Of a DNA stretch of 64,000 nucleotides, positions 1 to 9,950 are shown in pieces. The translations under genes and the position numbers were made by a program. The DNA lies in IMG/VR virus record IMGVR_UViG_3300011339_000793, positions 58,902-122,901 of that record, one strand, 5' to 3'. The stretch's first letter is position 1. The number at the start of each line of letters is the position of its first letter. The DNA is from a virus. The notes under the pieces are model-generated. The model was not told the DNA's origin, made no database searches, and worked only from the letters and a program-made list of their open reading frames with translations.

Positions 1-305
1 TTTTCTTCAGCAGAAATTGCTGCAGAAACATCCGTATAGTCTTCAACAACTACCGTGTCCCCCTTTATTCTGTAGTAAGCAATTTCTGCCCACTCTTTAG
101 GAGTTGTAGGTGTCTCTTCTGCCCAAAGTGATTCTTTCATATCCAAAATTCTTTGGTCATCAAGGCCAAGAACCTCCGCGTCCTTAGCAAAAACATATTT
201 AGCAGATTTTTCATCAGCAACTATTGACATAAAATGATTTTCTTCAAACTCTTTTCCAGTTCCGAAGTCGTCATCGTTATATACTCTATAAACTAATACT
301 GCCAT
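1..305 (-). CDS. Acidic hypothetical protein, truncated by window start (MAVLVYRVYNDDDFGTGKEFEENHF...)
   Basis: Translated by hand; ATG at 305, 3 nt after the stop of the giant ORF; open to position 1; not in ORF track. Confidence 0.8.
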   Translation of the reverse strand, partial: MAVLVYRVYNDDDFGTGKEFEENHFMSIVADEKSAKYVFAKDAEVLGLDDQRILDMKESLWAEETPTTPKEWAEIAYYRIKGDTVVVEDYTDVSAAISAEE

Positions 306-308
306 TTT

Positions 309-3300
309 TTATCTCCAGTCCTGAGCGTCTTTTGCCAAAAGTTCTTCTAGTCTCTTGACTAAAATATCTATTTCTGGTGCAGCACCGACAGGATACTCTC
401 TACGAAGTGCTTGTAGTGCTTGTTGACCACCGCGTTGTATCATTTCATAAAATGCTTCTGGACCCACTTCGTTCTTCAACAATCCTGGAAGAGGGTTGCG
501 TCCTTTATTTTTCATAATAAAGTCGTATGCAGATGCAGCATTTGCAGGGTTATCCCAAACCTTGCCAAGACCTTGGTCAAAGATTAGGGCCAATACTTTT
601 CCTTCATCTCCAACTTCTACATTTTTGTTGTCATCTCTAGCACCCTGCCAGTTATTCATATGCCTATCGTCATTATGAATAAGAGCATCAACCATTACCA
701 TTCCTAATATTTGATGAACTTGTCCCTTTTCTAGGAAAGGAGATGCGCCACCATAAAGTTCGTGTGCTTGTTTAGGTGCTTTAGCCAAAGCAAGATTTGT
801 TCCTGCTTCGCCTGTAATAACTACACGATTGTTTGAGTTATGTCTGATTGCTGGATACGCTCCAAGAACACCAAAAGCCCGTAGGAACGCTGCTCCTGCC
901 ATTTCAGAATCAACCTGCTCTTTTCCTTCATCTTGTTTATAGAAAAATACTTGACCAGACTCTTCGTCAACTATCTTGTATATCTGATTATCGCCTCTAC
1001 GTCCTCCGCCAGAGTCGCCAATTCTCATAACAATCCACTTTTTACCAGCAAAATCTAAGGACCCAGTTATTCCTTTTCTAGGAGCAACTTTTTCTAATTG
1101 TTTTATATCTAAATCAGCAAGAAGTCCACCTATGCCTATTTCTTTTTCGTTTGGTTCATATGCCAAACGTTCTTCCATAAGTTTGAAGTTCAGGTCAATA
1201 AGATTTTTTATTTCTCGGGCTTCGTCTGAAGATTTCTGTCCCTTAATTTTTTCTCCAATTGCTGCAGCCAATAGAACTCTTGCTCTAGGGCTTAGTGCTG
1301 CTAATGGCTTAGGTTGTCCGTCACTAAAGAATGCACGAATCTCTTCTTTCTCTGCATCTCCTCTAACACCTTTTCTTTCGAGTGCAGCCCAGAAATTTGC
1401 ATCCTTTACAATTACATTTTGCCAGAAAGGAGATAACTCCGCTGGGTTTTCGTTATTGTTTTTTCTTCCTTCTGCTACCTGAATAGGGTCTAAGTCTTTT
1501 GGACCTTTCCAATCCTTGACTGGCATAGCAGGTCTAGGAATTGCTGGAATACCGTCTACTTCAGACTTAATTTTTTCTAAATCATTAACGATGTCGTTAT
1601 ACTTGCCTCCTGCCCTATTTGACAGTCTTCTTATTGCTCTATCAATTTGACGCTCGAAGAGGTCTTTGTCGTTATCTTTGAGTGCTTTATAAGCAGCATT
1701 TACTGCGCGAATTCCATCTGCTTCAGTGCCCCAAACATCTTTAATTTTTGGAAGTTGTTTTTTAACAAATCCAAGTTCCTGTGCTGCCTTTACAAAATTA
1801 GGCGCTCCCGCAGGAGTTGGTGTTGGGGTTGGAGTAGGTGCAGTAGGTTTAGGAACAACAGTTCTTCCTGACCCTCCGCTTGGCACAGGGTTTTCTTTAC
1901 TTGGAACTCTGTAGATGCCATCAATCTGAGCATCTGCTTTCCAAGGCTTGTAAGTGTATTGTGCGCCACCTCTGTATTGAACCTTAACTTGAACTCTATT
2001 TCCTATAGGTGTGAGTTCTATAATTCTTCCAATGTTTCCATTGCGTGTTATAACGAAGTCGCCAATTTTTAGGTCTTTAACCTTTACAGAGACTTTTACT
2101 CCATTGTCTCTTACATATTGACCGCCCTCTTTCATAAACTTATCTTCTACTTCTTTTTCAGAAGGAAGAGCAACGTTATCTAGGTTAGGAATAGCACCAT
2201 CATTCATAGCCTCATCGCCAGCGGCGGCCTGTTGAATATAGTCCCCAGCACGAGCAAGTTCTACACGAGCGTTTTGTTCATTTTTATCTCTAACAACTAT
2301 TTGAATATTGCCGTTTTGTTTATTAATAACAGCGCCTTCATATACACCATTAATTTTTATCAAACTAAGTTCGAACTGTCCACCATTCAAATCTTTTACG
2401 GTCTTTTTAACAATATCTTCTGGCATACCGATAGGGCCAGCATCAATTGGTTTTGGTAGAGGTTTTTGGTCATAGCCGTTAAGCCACGCCATCATTATGT
2501 CTAGACGGTCTTTATCGGTCCCAGGCATATTAAATATGTCCATGTCATTTGCCGGGTCCCTACCTTCTCCTCTTTCAAAAGCCTTACGACCCATCTCTCG
2601 GGCGTTTTCTTTCTTTTCTTCTAAATTTTTACCTTGAACTTTGTCAGGCAAACGAACCCCTGGGTTTTCAATTGCTTTTTGAATCTCACGGTCAAGTAAA
2701 TCTTTGTCACTATCTTTAAGTGCTTCAGGGGCTTTAGCAGCAGGAGCAGGTGCTTCAGGGCTAGTCCAGTTATCTACTCCAGCACCTCTACGATTTGGCT
2801 TTGCTGCGCCACCCTTCCATTTCCTACCGTCTTCTAGGTTGGCAAGAACATCATCAGGATTATCGTTGATAAGAATTAAGTTATCAGCAACGACCATTCG
2901 TCCACCTTGATTGATTTGACCAAAGACATCTTCGTTTTCCCATTGGACAAACACATTGTCAAGATGAACTTTTCCAGCACGCGGAGCACCGCCAACTTTC
3001 TTTCCTTCATTTACTTGGTCACCAACACGACGCTTAACAATTCCTCGTCCGAACTTTCCTGCTCTCTTAGGGTCACGGAAAATAACAACATCGCCAACCA
3101 GCACTGGTTCGCCATTTGCATCTTTGAATAGACCTCTATCTTTGTTTTTAGCAGCCTGTACACGACCTTCACGAACTACTACTCTCTCGAGAGGGTCTTG
3201 ACGGCGAATGTCAGGTCGCTTTGCTCTTCCACGAGGCTTTCCTACTGGGAACTTCTCGACAGGTCCATCTCCTTCGATACGGCGGACAAACTCTAAAGGA

Positions 3301-6300
3301 GAATCTGCTTTGAATGGGCGAGGTTGTTCTTTGCCAGCGATTGGGTTGTAGACCCAGAAAACAAGACGGTCCATTCCCCACTCTTTACCGCGTTCAATAC
3401 GAATAACTTTTTCATAATGCCCGAGTTGACGATGCTTAAAGAAGTCTCCAGGTCTTACATCTTCAGCCTTGATTCCAGCCATGTCTACAGCAACGGCTTC
3501 AATCTCTTTTACGTTACGAAGAACTTCTGCTTGCTCTTCTTCGTTGAGTTGAGAGAATCTAACTTTCTCGTCTTGAGGGACTTCTTTCTTTGGTTTAGAA
3601 GATTTTGGTTTCTCTTCTTCAGCCTCAGGTGATGGCTCCGGATTTTGAATAGCATCAGAGGCACGAGCAACAAAGTCGCGTCCTTCTTTTTCTGCTTTTC
3701 TCTTTGTTGGGTGCTCGGAGTGGTGCTCGGCGAGATTGTCTCCATCAGAGTTTTGTAGAACAGCATCTACTTCATAGTTAGGAGCATCTTGTCCAGTTTC
3801 ACGAATAGATATTTGACCGTTGAGGTCTGCTGGTAGGTTCTCTACTTCAATAGTTTCTGGAGCATCATATGCATCAGCAGGAACATCTCCACGAGAAATA
3901 GGAACATCTTTTGCACGAGCCTCTTCTGGCTCTACATTTTCATCACGCTCTTGGTCTCTTAGACCGTCAGCAAACTCCTTGATGAGAGCGTCTGCTTCTG
4001 CTTCTGCTCCAGCAAAGGTTCTAAACTGTCCATCTACCTTGTAAATACTATTTCCTTCAGCATCAAAGAGTTCGGCTTCCATAAAGATTCCGCCATCTTT
4101 TTCTCCGAGTTTTACAACAGCAGATTTATCTCCAATTTCATAAACTTTTCTAAACTGCTTTCCAGCAATTGCTTCAGGAGTTTGTTCTGCCTCAGGTGCT
4201 GACTTTTTGTTTGAAACAAACTCATTTTGTGGATTGCCCTCTGGAATATCTAAATCAGCAGGGTTGATTGGACGACGAACTCCATCAAGTCTTGTTCCGT
4301 GCCAGTGCTCATAAGTATTCATTTCGCCAGTTTCAATATCGCGGCGCCAAATCTTTACTCGTCCTGGTTCTAAACCAAACTCTTCTCCAGCACGAACAGC
4401 AGTTACTTGCCAAATAATGTTTCCATCTTTAGAAGCCATAAAGTCTCCAGGAAGAATATTTCTCATTCTGGCATCTTCACGGTCAAGTAGAACAGCATTC
4501 TTATCATCAAGAACCCATTCACGAGGCATCATTCGCATTTCGCCTCTTGGATAAACAGCATTAGGTGTGAAATCTAGAATTACAACACCATCATCACGCT
4601 TTTCAATTCCATCTAGAGGAGCATCTACAGGACCCATATTGAGACCCTCAGGGTCTAGCGTAGGAGAGTTCTTTGCATCTACGATAACTTCATCGAGTTT
4701 AACTTCCTTACCGTCTAGAGCATCTCTAATTGCTTTAGCAGCGGCAAAGTCAGCAGCACCAGCATCGTCCTTAACTTTTCCTGCTTCGTAATCTCCTAAT
4801 GCCTTTTCGTATTCTTCAATTCTCTTATCAACATCGAATAGGTCTTTGCCACCATCTAGTTCAATTCCCTTATCAATGAGTTTTTCAAATATTCCTGCTA
4901 ATGCTTCCGCGTCAGCATCTGCTGCGTGCCAGTTATCTAGTTCTACTCCAAGAAATTCTGCATACTGTCCTAGACGATTTCCTTCTGGTTTTTCAGGTGC
5001 ATTTTTGAAAATATCTTGTCCCATTGCTTTTGTATCTAGCAATCCATCAGGTTGATATTCTAAACCGTGCTTATCTGCCATGCGACGAGCAACTTCATCA
5101 TCAAACTGAACATAGTGAGCAGCAAGTAGTGGTCTACCTTCAGATTCCAAACCAGCCCACTCAAAGAACCTTGCCATAGCCTCTGCTTGGTTTGGTTGCT
5201 TTGCTAAAAATTCATCTGATAAAGGATTTCCGTCAGCATCTACAGCATTTGGTTTTCCATCTTTATCAACTTCGCCAGCCCAAACATCTTTAACAGAACG
5301 ACCAGGGTTCATATAGATATTAAAACGGTCAACAATCTTTCCATCACGAACTTTTACGCCAGCAACTTGCCACGGTTCATTGCCATCTTTGTCTTTGATT
5401 CCAGTTGTTTCAAAATCAAAGAAAACAATTGTTTTATCTTTAATAAGTTCTCTAAACTTATTCCAATCTCCGCCTGCTTCACGAGCAATAGCAGCCCACT
5501 CGCCTTGGAACGCTGGCATATTAGGGACTCTCTTGCGAGATGGCTTTCTAACAGCAACAGCGTTTGGAATGTTTTGGTCTGCTTCTGGTGCCTGCTCTTT
5601 GTTATCTACTACAGGAAGATTTTCTGGAGCATTCCAACGAGCACCTGCTTCTTCAAGAAGTTTTTGGTGCTCAGCGTTCTTTGCTTCATCTTTATCTGGA
5701 ATCCATTTACCATTTACAACTTTGTTTGGTCTATGTAGTTCGCCCTCGCCCTTAGCAGGTGCTTCTACATTACGAATGACATCAATCTGAGTGTCAACTC
5801 TCCACTCTTTACGTTGTGTGCCATACCCTGGGTAATAACCTTCAACGCTTACAAAGTTAGGCTTTGTCTTGTCGTCAACAAAAACTCTTTCAATAACAAA
5901 GTGGCCCTTCTTAGGGTCAGTAGTTACATCACCAGGCTTCAAATCAGCAGCACGAACAATTGCGCGATGTGGTTGGTTAGATGGCTCTGTTGGGTCTGGG
6001 AATCTCTTCTTTGCCTCTGCTGCTTGAACGTTGTAATCTGCAAAGGCTGCATCGTATTGAGCCTGTGCTTCTGGGTCTCTAAACTTCCATTGATTGTCTG
6101 CTTTATCCTTGTATATCTTTCCAAAGTCTTTCATTTTTGGCTTAGACAAAACTGGAAGGTCGCCTTGTTCTGGCAACGGTTGAACTCCACGAATTACTTC
6201 GATTTCAGTATCTTCAATCCACTGCTTAGTGTTTTGAATAACGTGTCCAGGGTAATAACCCTCAATCTCTATACGATTTGTTCCCTCAACCTTGTTACCG

Positions 6301-9300
6301 ATTTTTGTAATAACAAAATGGTCACCAGTTGTGATATCTCCAGGCTGTAAATCTTTAACCTTAGAACGAATTCTAAATGGAGGAGGTGGACCATCTCCAC
6401 CTGCTGCTGATGGAGCAACGTTTGCTGGTTTTGGATACTCCTCAAAGCCTTCTGGAATTTCTTCTAAAGAATCTGCTTCAAAGTCTTTTGGAACCTGAGC
6501 AGATACAGTTTTCTTCTTTGCTAATGCGGGCGTTCCCCTTAATTTAGCAATTTCTTCGTCAATCTGTTCAATTCTTATGCGTGCTTTAGTTTGCATATCA
6601 GCACTTGGAGCGCCACGCTCTTGGCTAACAAACTTCTCACGTTCTACTTCTAATTCTTTTATTTTGTCTTCATTTGCAGATGGTGCTGCTTGCTCAGGGG
6701 TATCTTGAACAATACTCTCTAAGTCTTCATCAAGAATGCCCTTTACTAATGCTTCATAGTTTTTCTTTGTTTCTTCATCGCGCCACTCTAAATTATTATC
6801 AGCATCTATTGTCGCAATTGGTAAATCACCAGCAACAGCGTTATCGTCGTAGATATCAATAACTCCGTCTTGTGCAGGGAGTCTGTCATCTCCTCCATCA
6901 CGCTTAGCAAAAAGAATTCCTTCGTTTAGCCAATCTAATTCCTTAATGCCATCACGCAAAGCGTCCATTTGTTCTGGAGTTATGTCTAGAGATGCTTTTT
7001 CTTTATTTGGGTCTGGTAAATCACCAGCGTGGTCAGCAAGGCGCTTCATCTTGCCAAACTCTGACCAGCGTGCTTTCTGCTGAGCGCTAGGTAGGTCAAC
7101 AGCCCAAGAAGTTTCAAAATCGTCAAGAGCGTTTTTGTATCCATCGGTGTGGTTTTCTGGATTAGCAAAGAAATCAGCAATCTCTTGCTCGCTCATTGAA
7201 TCAAAAGCGTTTACCTGCTCATCTGAGAAACCATAGGCTTTAGCCCAGTCTTTGATTTTCTTACGAGACTCTTTTGCATAGTCTTCTTTACGAGACTCGA
7301 AGTCTGCTTCTAACTCTTTCCAATTCTTATAAGTTTTTGGTTCTAAAATATTGTTATTGTCTTTTAGAACTATATTTCCATCTTTATCAACTTGCGCTTC
7401 AAAATTATTACGTCCATAGACGTTTGAATAGTTCTCTGGAACATCTTTTCCAAATGCTCTCTTTGCTTTTTCTTGAATGCCCCAACCTTCAGGAATTCTT
7501 CTACCCTTTTCGTCAACTCTAGCCTCGGCATCTTTAGCAAGTTTTGCTTTACGCTCTGCTACTGCTTCTTTTTCTGCTTGCTGTTCTGCCATAAGACGCT
7601 CGTAAGCATTCATAGGCTTTTTCTCGACAGGAAGGTCTAAAGGAAGTTCTGCTTGTATTTCATCTGCTGGTGCATCTGCTGGAGACTCTTCTTCAGGAAT
7701 TCTTGCTTTTTCTGTTCCCTTTTTAACTTTTCTAGAACGAGAAGCACGAGATACTTCAGGTATCTCTGGTGTTGGAGGAAGTTTTCCTTCAGATTCTTCA
7801 ATCCTTGCTAAGGCATCTGCTGCATCTTCATCATTTAGTTCAACTAGGTTTCCTGCTTCAGCATATATCTTTGTAGTAGCAACGTTTGTATCAACACCTT
7901 GAAGTTGTAGAGCATCACGAATTGCTTCGCCTGGAACATTTGCTACAAACTCTTCGCCATCATCAGTTGTTAGTTTGATTGCGCCATATCCAGGTGCTTC
8001 ACCTCCTGGTTCTAATGCACGACGGAATTCTTTGAGAAGTTCTTCCTGAGAAACATTCTGCGCCAAGAAAACAGGGTTATCGCTAAAACCTACTGGAAGA
8101 TTTGGGTCTCCATCGTCTTCAGTTATCTCGCGCCAGTTTTGGAAAGGTGAAGGGTCTAATTTGTTATAGCCTTCGGGGATTTGGTCGTTAGCAATGTCCC
8201 AGTTTTTAGGAAGATGAGGTGTATGGTCTCTGCTTTCCATAAAGCGAGCCAACTCGTTCTCTGTAAGACCTTTTAGCACTGCAGGAAGAGGAGTTGTGTC
8301 TACTTTTTCTTCTTCAAACTTTGGTTCTTCAGCAGCAGGAGCAACATCTGGGCTTCCCTCTTTAGTTACACGTTCAAAAGACTCTGCAACATCTGGTTGC
8401 TCTCCAGTAACTACCTCTGGACCTTTACGAGCATCTAGAAGTGCCTTTTCGTTATCGTTAGAGCCAAGACCTTTGTCGTAAATCTTTGCTAACTCTAAAT
8501 CAGCATCTTCTCCTGCTTCATCAAGTGCTTTGTAGAGTGCTTCTGCTGGAACAAACTCTTCACCGCGATTAAAATTCAATACTCCATAACCAAAAGCATT
8601 CTCGTTATCGTCCTGAGGAAGAACTGCTTGCTCTAAAGCCTGAACTAAATCTCTTTCATCAAACATCTGCGCTATTTCAACAGGGTCATCTGTAAAGTTA
8701 GGGCTATCTTCATCTTGACGGCCTTGAACGTCGTAGTCGGCGCCCTGAGCAATCTTGTAAGCACCTTCTGGGTAGTTGAAAGCAAACTTAGATTCTTTTT
8801 CTTTAGGTAGTTGTGCCTTTGGCTTTGCTAATTCTTCTTCTTTACCTCTAAGAGCATCTTGAAGGTCTGCCCAGTTGTCAAAACCATCAATCCTGTCTCC
8901 TTCTGCTGTTTCTAAAATAAGTTTTCTCTTCTTAGTTTCACTATTTGAAACTACAAAAACATTGAAGGCTCCGTCTGCATATTTTTGAACAGATTCGCCA
9001 CCTGAGAAATCATTTTCTAATTTATTCATATCACTTTCAGATGGTTCTACCTTCTCCCAGCCTTCAGGAGAGTTTGTATATTGAATATCTGATTCATTGA
9101 TAACGTCACCTAGTTCAGAAGTAGGGACATCAATAGGCGCTGGGCTGTAGCCATCTGGTGTTGGCAGAACTGCCTTAATAAACTCGCCCTTAGAGCCAGG
9201 AACTTGTGCGATACGACCATCTGGAAGTTCAATCTGAACTAAATCACCTAAACCATCAGCAACTGTTCTTCCAACAAGACTAAATACTTGACTTCCTCGT

Positions 9301-9950
9301 CTAACTAAAGCACGAAGTCCTCCACCTTGGAAAGCAAACTTTCCTTCTCGGTCACGACGCTGTAGTTGAGCACGAGCAGAACGAGCAGCAGATGAGTTTC
9401 CATCACCAAAGGCTGCTAGCAATGCTTCTGTTGGAATCATTCCTTGAGGCAGTGCTGATAGAACTGAAGTGTAATAAGTGTGTTCTACAGAACCTACTTC
9501 TGAGGAGAAGGCAGAAGAAAGAATAGTTTTAGCACGTTCATCTGTAATTCTTGGGTCATCAGCAAACCAACGAGACCTAGCATTTCTTGCTGCAGATGCT
9601 GTTAGTGAGTGCTCCCTAGTTGAGCGAGGATGCGAAGTTGGTAAAAGGTCTGTGTTGCTAAGTGTAAGAGAACTATTTTTATTACTTTGAGCAAGAGTGA
9701 TGTAAGAAGAGAGTTCCTTTAGAGCCATATGCTCTCTAAGAGAGAAAGGTAGGTTCTTTGTTTTTTGTAAAGAACGTAATACAACTGTAAAAGCAGAACG
9801 CTTAGTTACTCTACGAGATACAGAAGTGTTTTGATTTACTTCTTCAAGGATATCTACAACAGCGTCACGCAAACGCAAAGCCTGCTTTGTGGAGTTGGCA
9901 CGACGGCCTTGCTCAGCGATAGCGAAACTCAAACGACGAACTCTACTCAT
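309..9950 (-). CDS. Giant (3213 aa) multidomain polyvalent head-associated protein with DEDDh exonuclease and C-terminal kinase domains
   Basis: Uninterrupted ORF two genes downstream of portal; FFDFETTG/HYVQFD/HAADAD exonuclease motifs; GDSGGG/FFYK/DRHMNN/DQG kinase motifs; internal repeats. Confidence 0.85.
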   Translation of the reverse strand: MSRVRRLSFAIAEQGRRANSTKQALRLRDAVVDILEEVNQNTSVSRRVTKRSAFTVVLRSLQKTKNLPFSLREHMALKELSSYITLAQSNKNSSLTLSNTDLLPTSHPRSTREHSLTASAARNARSRWFADDPRITDERAKTILSSAFSSEVGSVEHTYYTSVLSALPQGMIPTEALLAAFGDGNSSAARSARAQLQRRDREGKFAFQGGGLRALVRRGSQVFSLVGRTVADGLGDLVQIELPDGRIAQVPGSKGEFIKAVLPTPDGYSPAPIDVPTSELGDVINESDIQYTNSPEGWEKVEPSESDMNKLENDFSGGESVQKYADGAFNVFVVSNSETKKRKLILETAEGDRIDGFDNWADLQDALRGKEEELAKPKAQLPKEKESKFAFNYPEGAYKIAQGADYDVQGRQDEDSPNFTDDPVEIAQMFDERDLVQALEQAVLPQDDNENAFGYGVLNFNRGEEFVPAEALYKALDEAGEDADLELAKIYDKGLGSNDNEKALLDARKGPEVVTGEQPDVAESFERVTKEGSPDVAPAAEEPKFEEEKVDTTPLPAVLKGLTENELARFMESRDHTPHLPKNWDIANDQIPEGYNKLDPSPFQNWREITEDDGDPNLPVGFSDNPVFLAQNVSQEELLKEFRRALEPGGEAPGYGAIKLTTDDGEEFVANVPGEAIRDALQLQGVDTNVATTKIYAEAGNLVELNDEDAADALARIEESEGKLPPTPEIPEVSRASRSRKVKKGTEKARIPEEESPADAPADEIQAELPLDLPVEKKPMNAYERLMAEQQAEKEAVAERKAKLAKDAEARVDEKGRRIPEGWGIQEKAKRAFGKDVPENYSNVYGRNNFEAQVDKDGNIVLKDNNNILEPKTYKNWKELEADFESRKEDYAKESRKKIKDWAKAYGFSDEQVNAFDSMSEQEIADFFANPENHTDGYKNALDDFETSWAVDLPSAQQKARWSEFGKMKRLADHAGDLPDPNKEKASLDITPEQMDALRDGIKELDWLNEGILFAKRDGGDDRLPAQDGVIDIYDDNAVAGDLPIATIDADNNLEWRDEETKKNYEALVKGILDEDLESIVQDTPEQAAPSANEDKIKELEVEREKFVSQERGAPSADMQTKARIRIEQIDEEIAKLRGTPALAKKKTVSAQVPKDFEADSLEEIPEGFEEYPKPANVAPSAAGGDGPPPPFRIRSKVKDLQPGDITTGDHFVITKIGNKVEGTNRIEIEGYYPGHVIQNTKQWIEDTEIEVIRGVQPLPEQGDLPVLSKPKMKDFGKIYKDKADNQWKFRDPEAQAQYDAAFADYNVQAAEAKKRFPDPTEPSNQPHRAIVRAADLKPGDVTTDPKKGHFVIERVFVDDKTKPNFVSVEGYYPGYGTQRKEWRVDTQIDVIRNVEAPAKGEGELHRPNKVVNGKWIPDKDEAKNAEHQKLLEEAGARWNAPENLPVVDNKEQAPEADQNIPNAVAVRKPSRKRVPNMPAFQGEWAAIAREAGGDWNKFRELIKDKTIVFFDFETTGIKDKDGNEPWQVAGVKVRDGKIVDRFNIYMNPGRSVKDVWAGEVDKDGKPNAVDADGNPLSDEFLAKQPNQAEAMARFFEWAGLESEGRPLLAAHYVQFDDEVARRMADKHGLEYQPDGLLDTKAMGQDIFKNAPEKPEGNRLGQYAEFLGVELDNWHAADADAEALAGIFEKLIDKGIELDGGKDLFDVDKRIEEYEKALGDYEAGKVKDDAGAADFAAAKAIRDALDGKEVKLDEVIVDAKNSPTLDPEGLNMGPVDAPLDGIEKRDDGVVILDFTPNAVYPRGEMRMMPREWVLDDKNAVLLDREDARMRNILPGDFMASKDGNIIWQVTAVRAGEEFGLEPGRVKIWRRDIETGEMNTYEHWHGTRLDGVRRPINPADLDIPEGNPQNEFVSNKKSAPEAEQTPEAIAGKQFRKVYEIGDKSAVVKLGEKDGGIFMEAELFDAEGNSIYKVDGQFRTFAGAEAEADALIKEFADGLRDQERDENVEPEEARAKDVPISRGDVPADAYDAPETIEVENLPADLNGQISIRETGQDAPNYEVDAVLQNSDGDNLAEHHSEHPTKRKAEKEGRDFVARASDAIQNPEPSPEAEEEKPKSSKPKKEVPQDEKVRFSQLNEEEQAEVLRNVKEIEAVAVDMAGIKAEDVRPGDFFKHRQLGHYEKVIRIERGKEWGMDRLVFWVYNPIAGKEQPRPFKADSPLEFVRRIEGDGPVEKFPVGKPRGRAKRPDIRRQDPLERVVVREGRVQAAKNKDRGLFKDANGEPVLVGDVVIFRDPKRAGKFGRGIVKRRVGDQVNEGKKVGGAPRAGKVHLDNVFVQWENEDVFGQINQGGRMVVADNLILINDNPDDVLANLEDGRKWKGGAAKPNRRGAGVDNWTSPEAPAPAAKAPEALKDSDKDLLDREIQKAIENPGVRLPDKVQGKNLEEKKENAREMGRKAFERGEGRDPANDMDIFNMPGTDKDRLDIMMAWLNGYDQKPLPKPIDAGPIGMPEDIVKKTVKDLNGGQFELSLIKINGVYEGAVINKQNGNIQIVVRDKNEQNARVELARAGDYIQQAAAGDEAMNDGAIPNLDNVALPSEKEVEDKFMKEGGQYVRDNGVKVSVKVKDLKIGDFVITRNGNIGRIIELTPIGNRVQVKVQYRGGAQYTYKPWKADAQIDGIYRVPSKENPVPSGGSGRTVVPKPTAPTPTPTPTPAGAPNFVKAAQELGFVKKQLPKIKDVWGTEADGIRAVNAAYKALKDNDKDLFERQIDRAIRRLSNRAGGKYNDIVNDLEKIKSEVDGIPAIPRPAMPVKDWKGPKDLDPIQVAEGRKNNNENPAELSPFWQNVIVKDANFWAALERKGVRGDAEKEEIRAFFSDGQPKPLAALSPRARVLLAAAIGEKIKGQKSSDEAREIKNLIDLNFKLMEERLAYEPNEKEIGIGGLLADLDIKQLEKVAPRKGITGSLDFAGKKWIVMRIGDSGGGRRGDNQIYKIVDEESGQVFFYKQDEGKEQVDSEMAGAAFLRAFGVLGAYPAIRHNSNNRVVITGEAGTNLALAKAPKQAHELYGGASPFLEKGQVHQILGMVMVDALIHNDDRHMNNWQGARDDNKNVEVGDEGKVLALIFDQGLGKVWDNPANAASAYDFIMKNKGRNPLPGLLKNEVGPEAFYEMIQRGGQQALQALRREYPVGAAPEIDILVKRLEELLAKDAQDWR
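330..1050 (-). other. HipA/PI3K-PI4K-like kinase domain within the giant protein
   Basis: Gly loop GDSGGG, Lys in FFYKQ, Glu in SEM, catalytic NDDRHMNNW, DQG (DFG-like); boundaries approximate. Confidence 0.75.
4870..5440 (-). other. DEDDh (DnaQ-like) 3'-5' exonuclease domain within the giant protein
   Basis: ExoI VFFDFETTG, ExoII AHYVQFDDEV, ExoIII WHAADADAEAL; boundaries approximate. Confidence 0.85.

Noticed and set aside
1905-6365. DLxPGD repeats as intein/Hint domains
   Set aside because: They resemble the Hint 'I.DL.vGD.V' segment but lack the N-terminal Cys/Ser block, TxxH and terminal His-Asn; too short
496-9690. Many 60-180-aa plus-strand ORFs in the ORF track overlapping the giant gene
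   Set aside because: Antisense shadows of a long coding region; Ser/Phe/Leu-rich, no SD, no motifs
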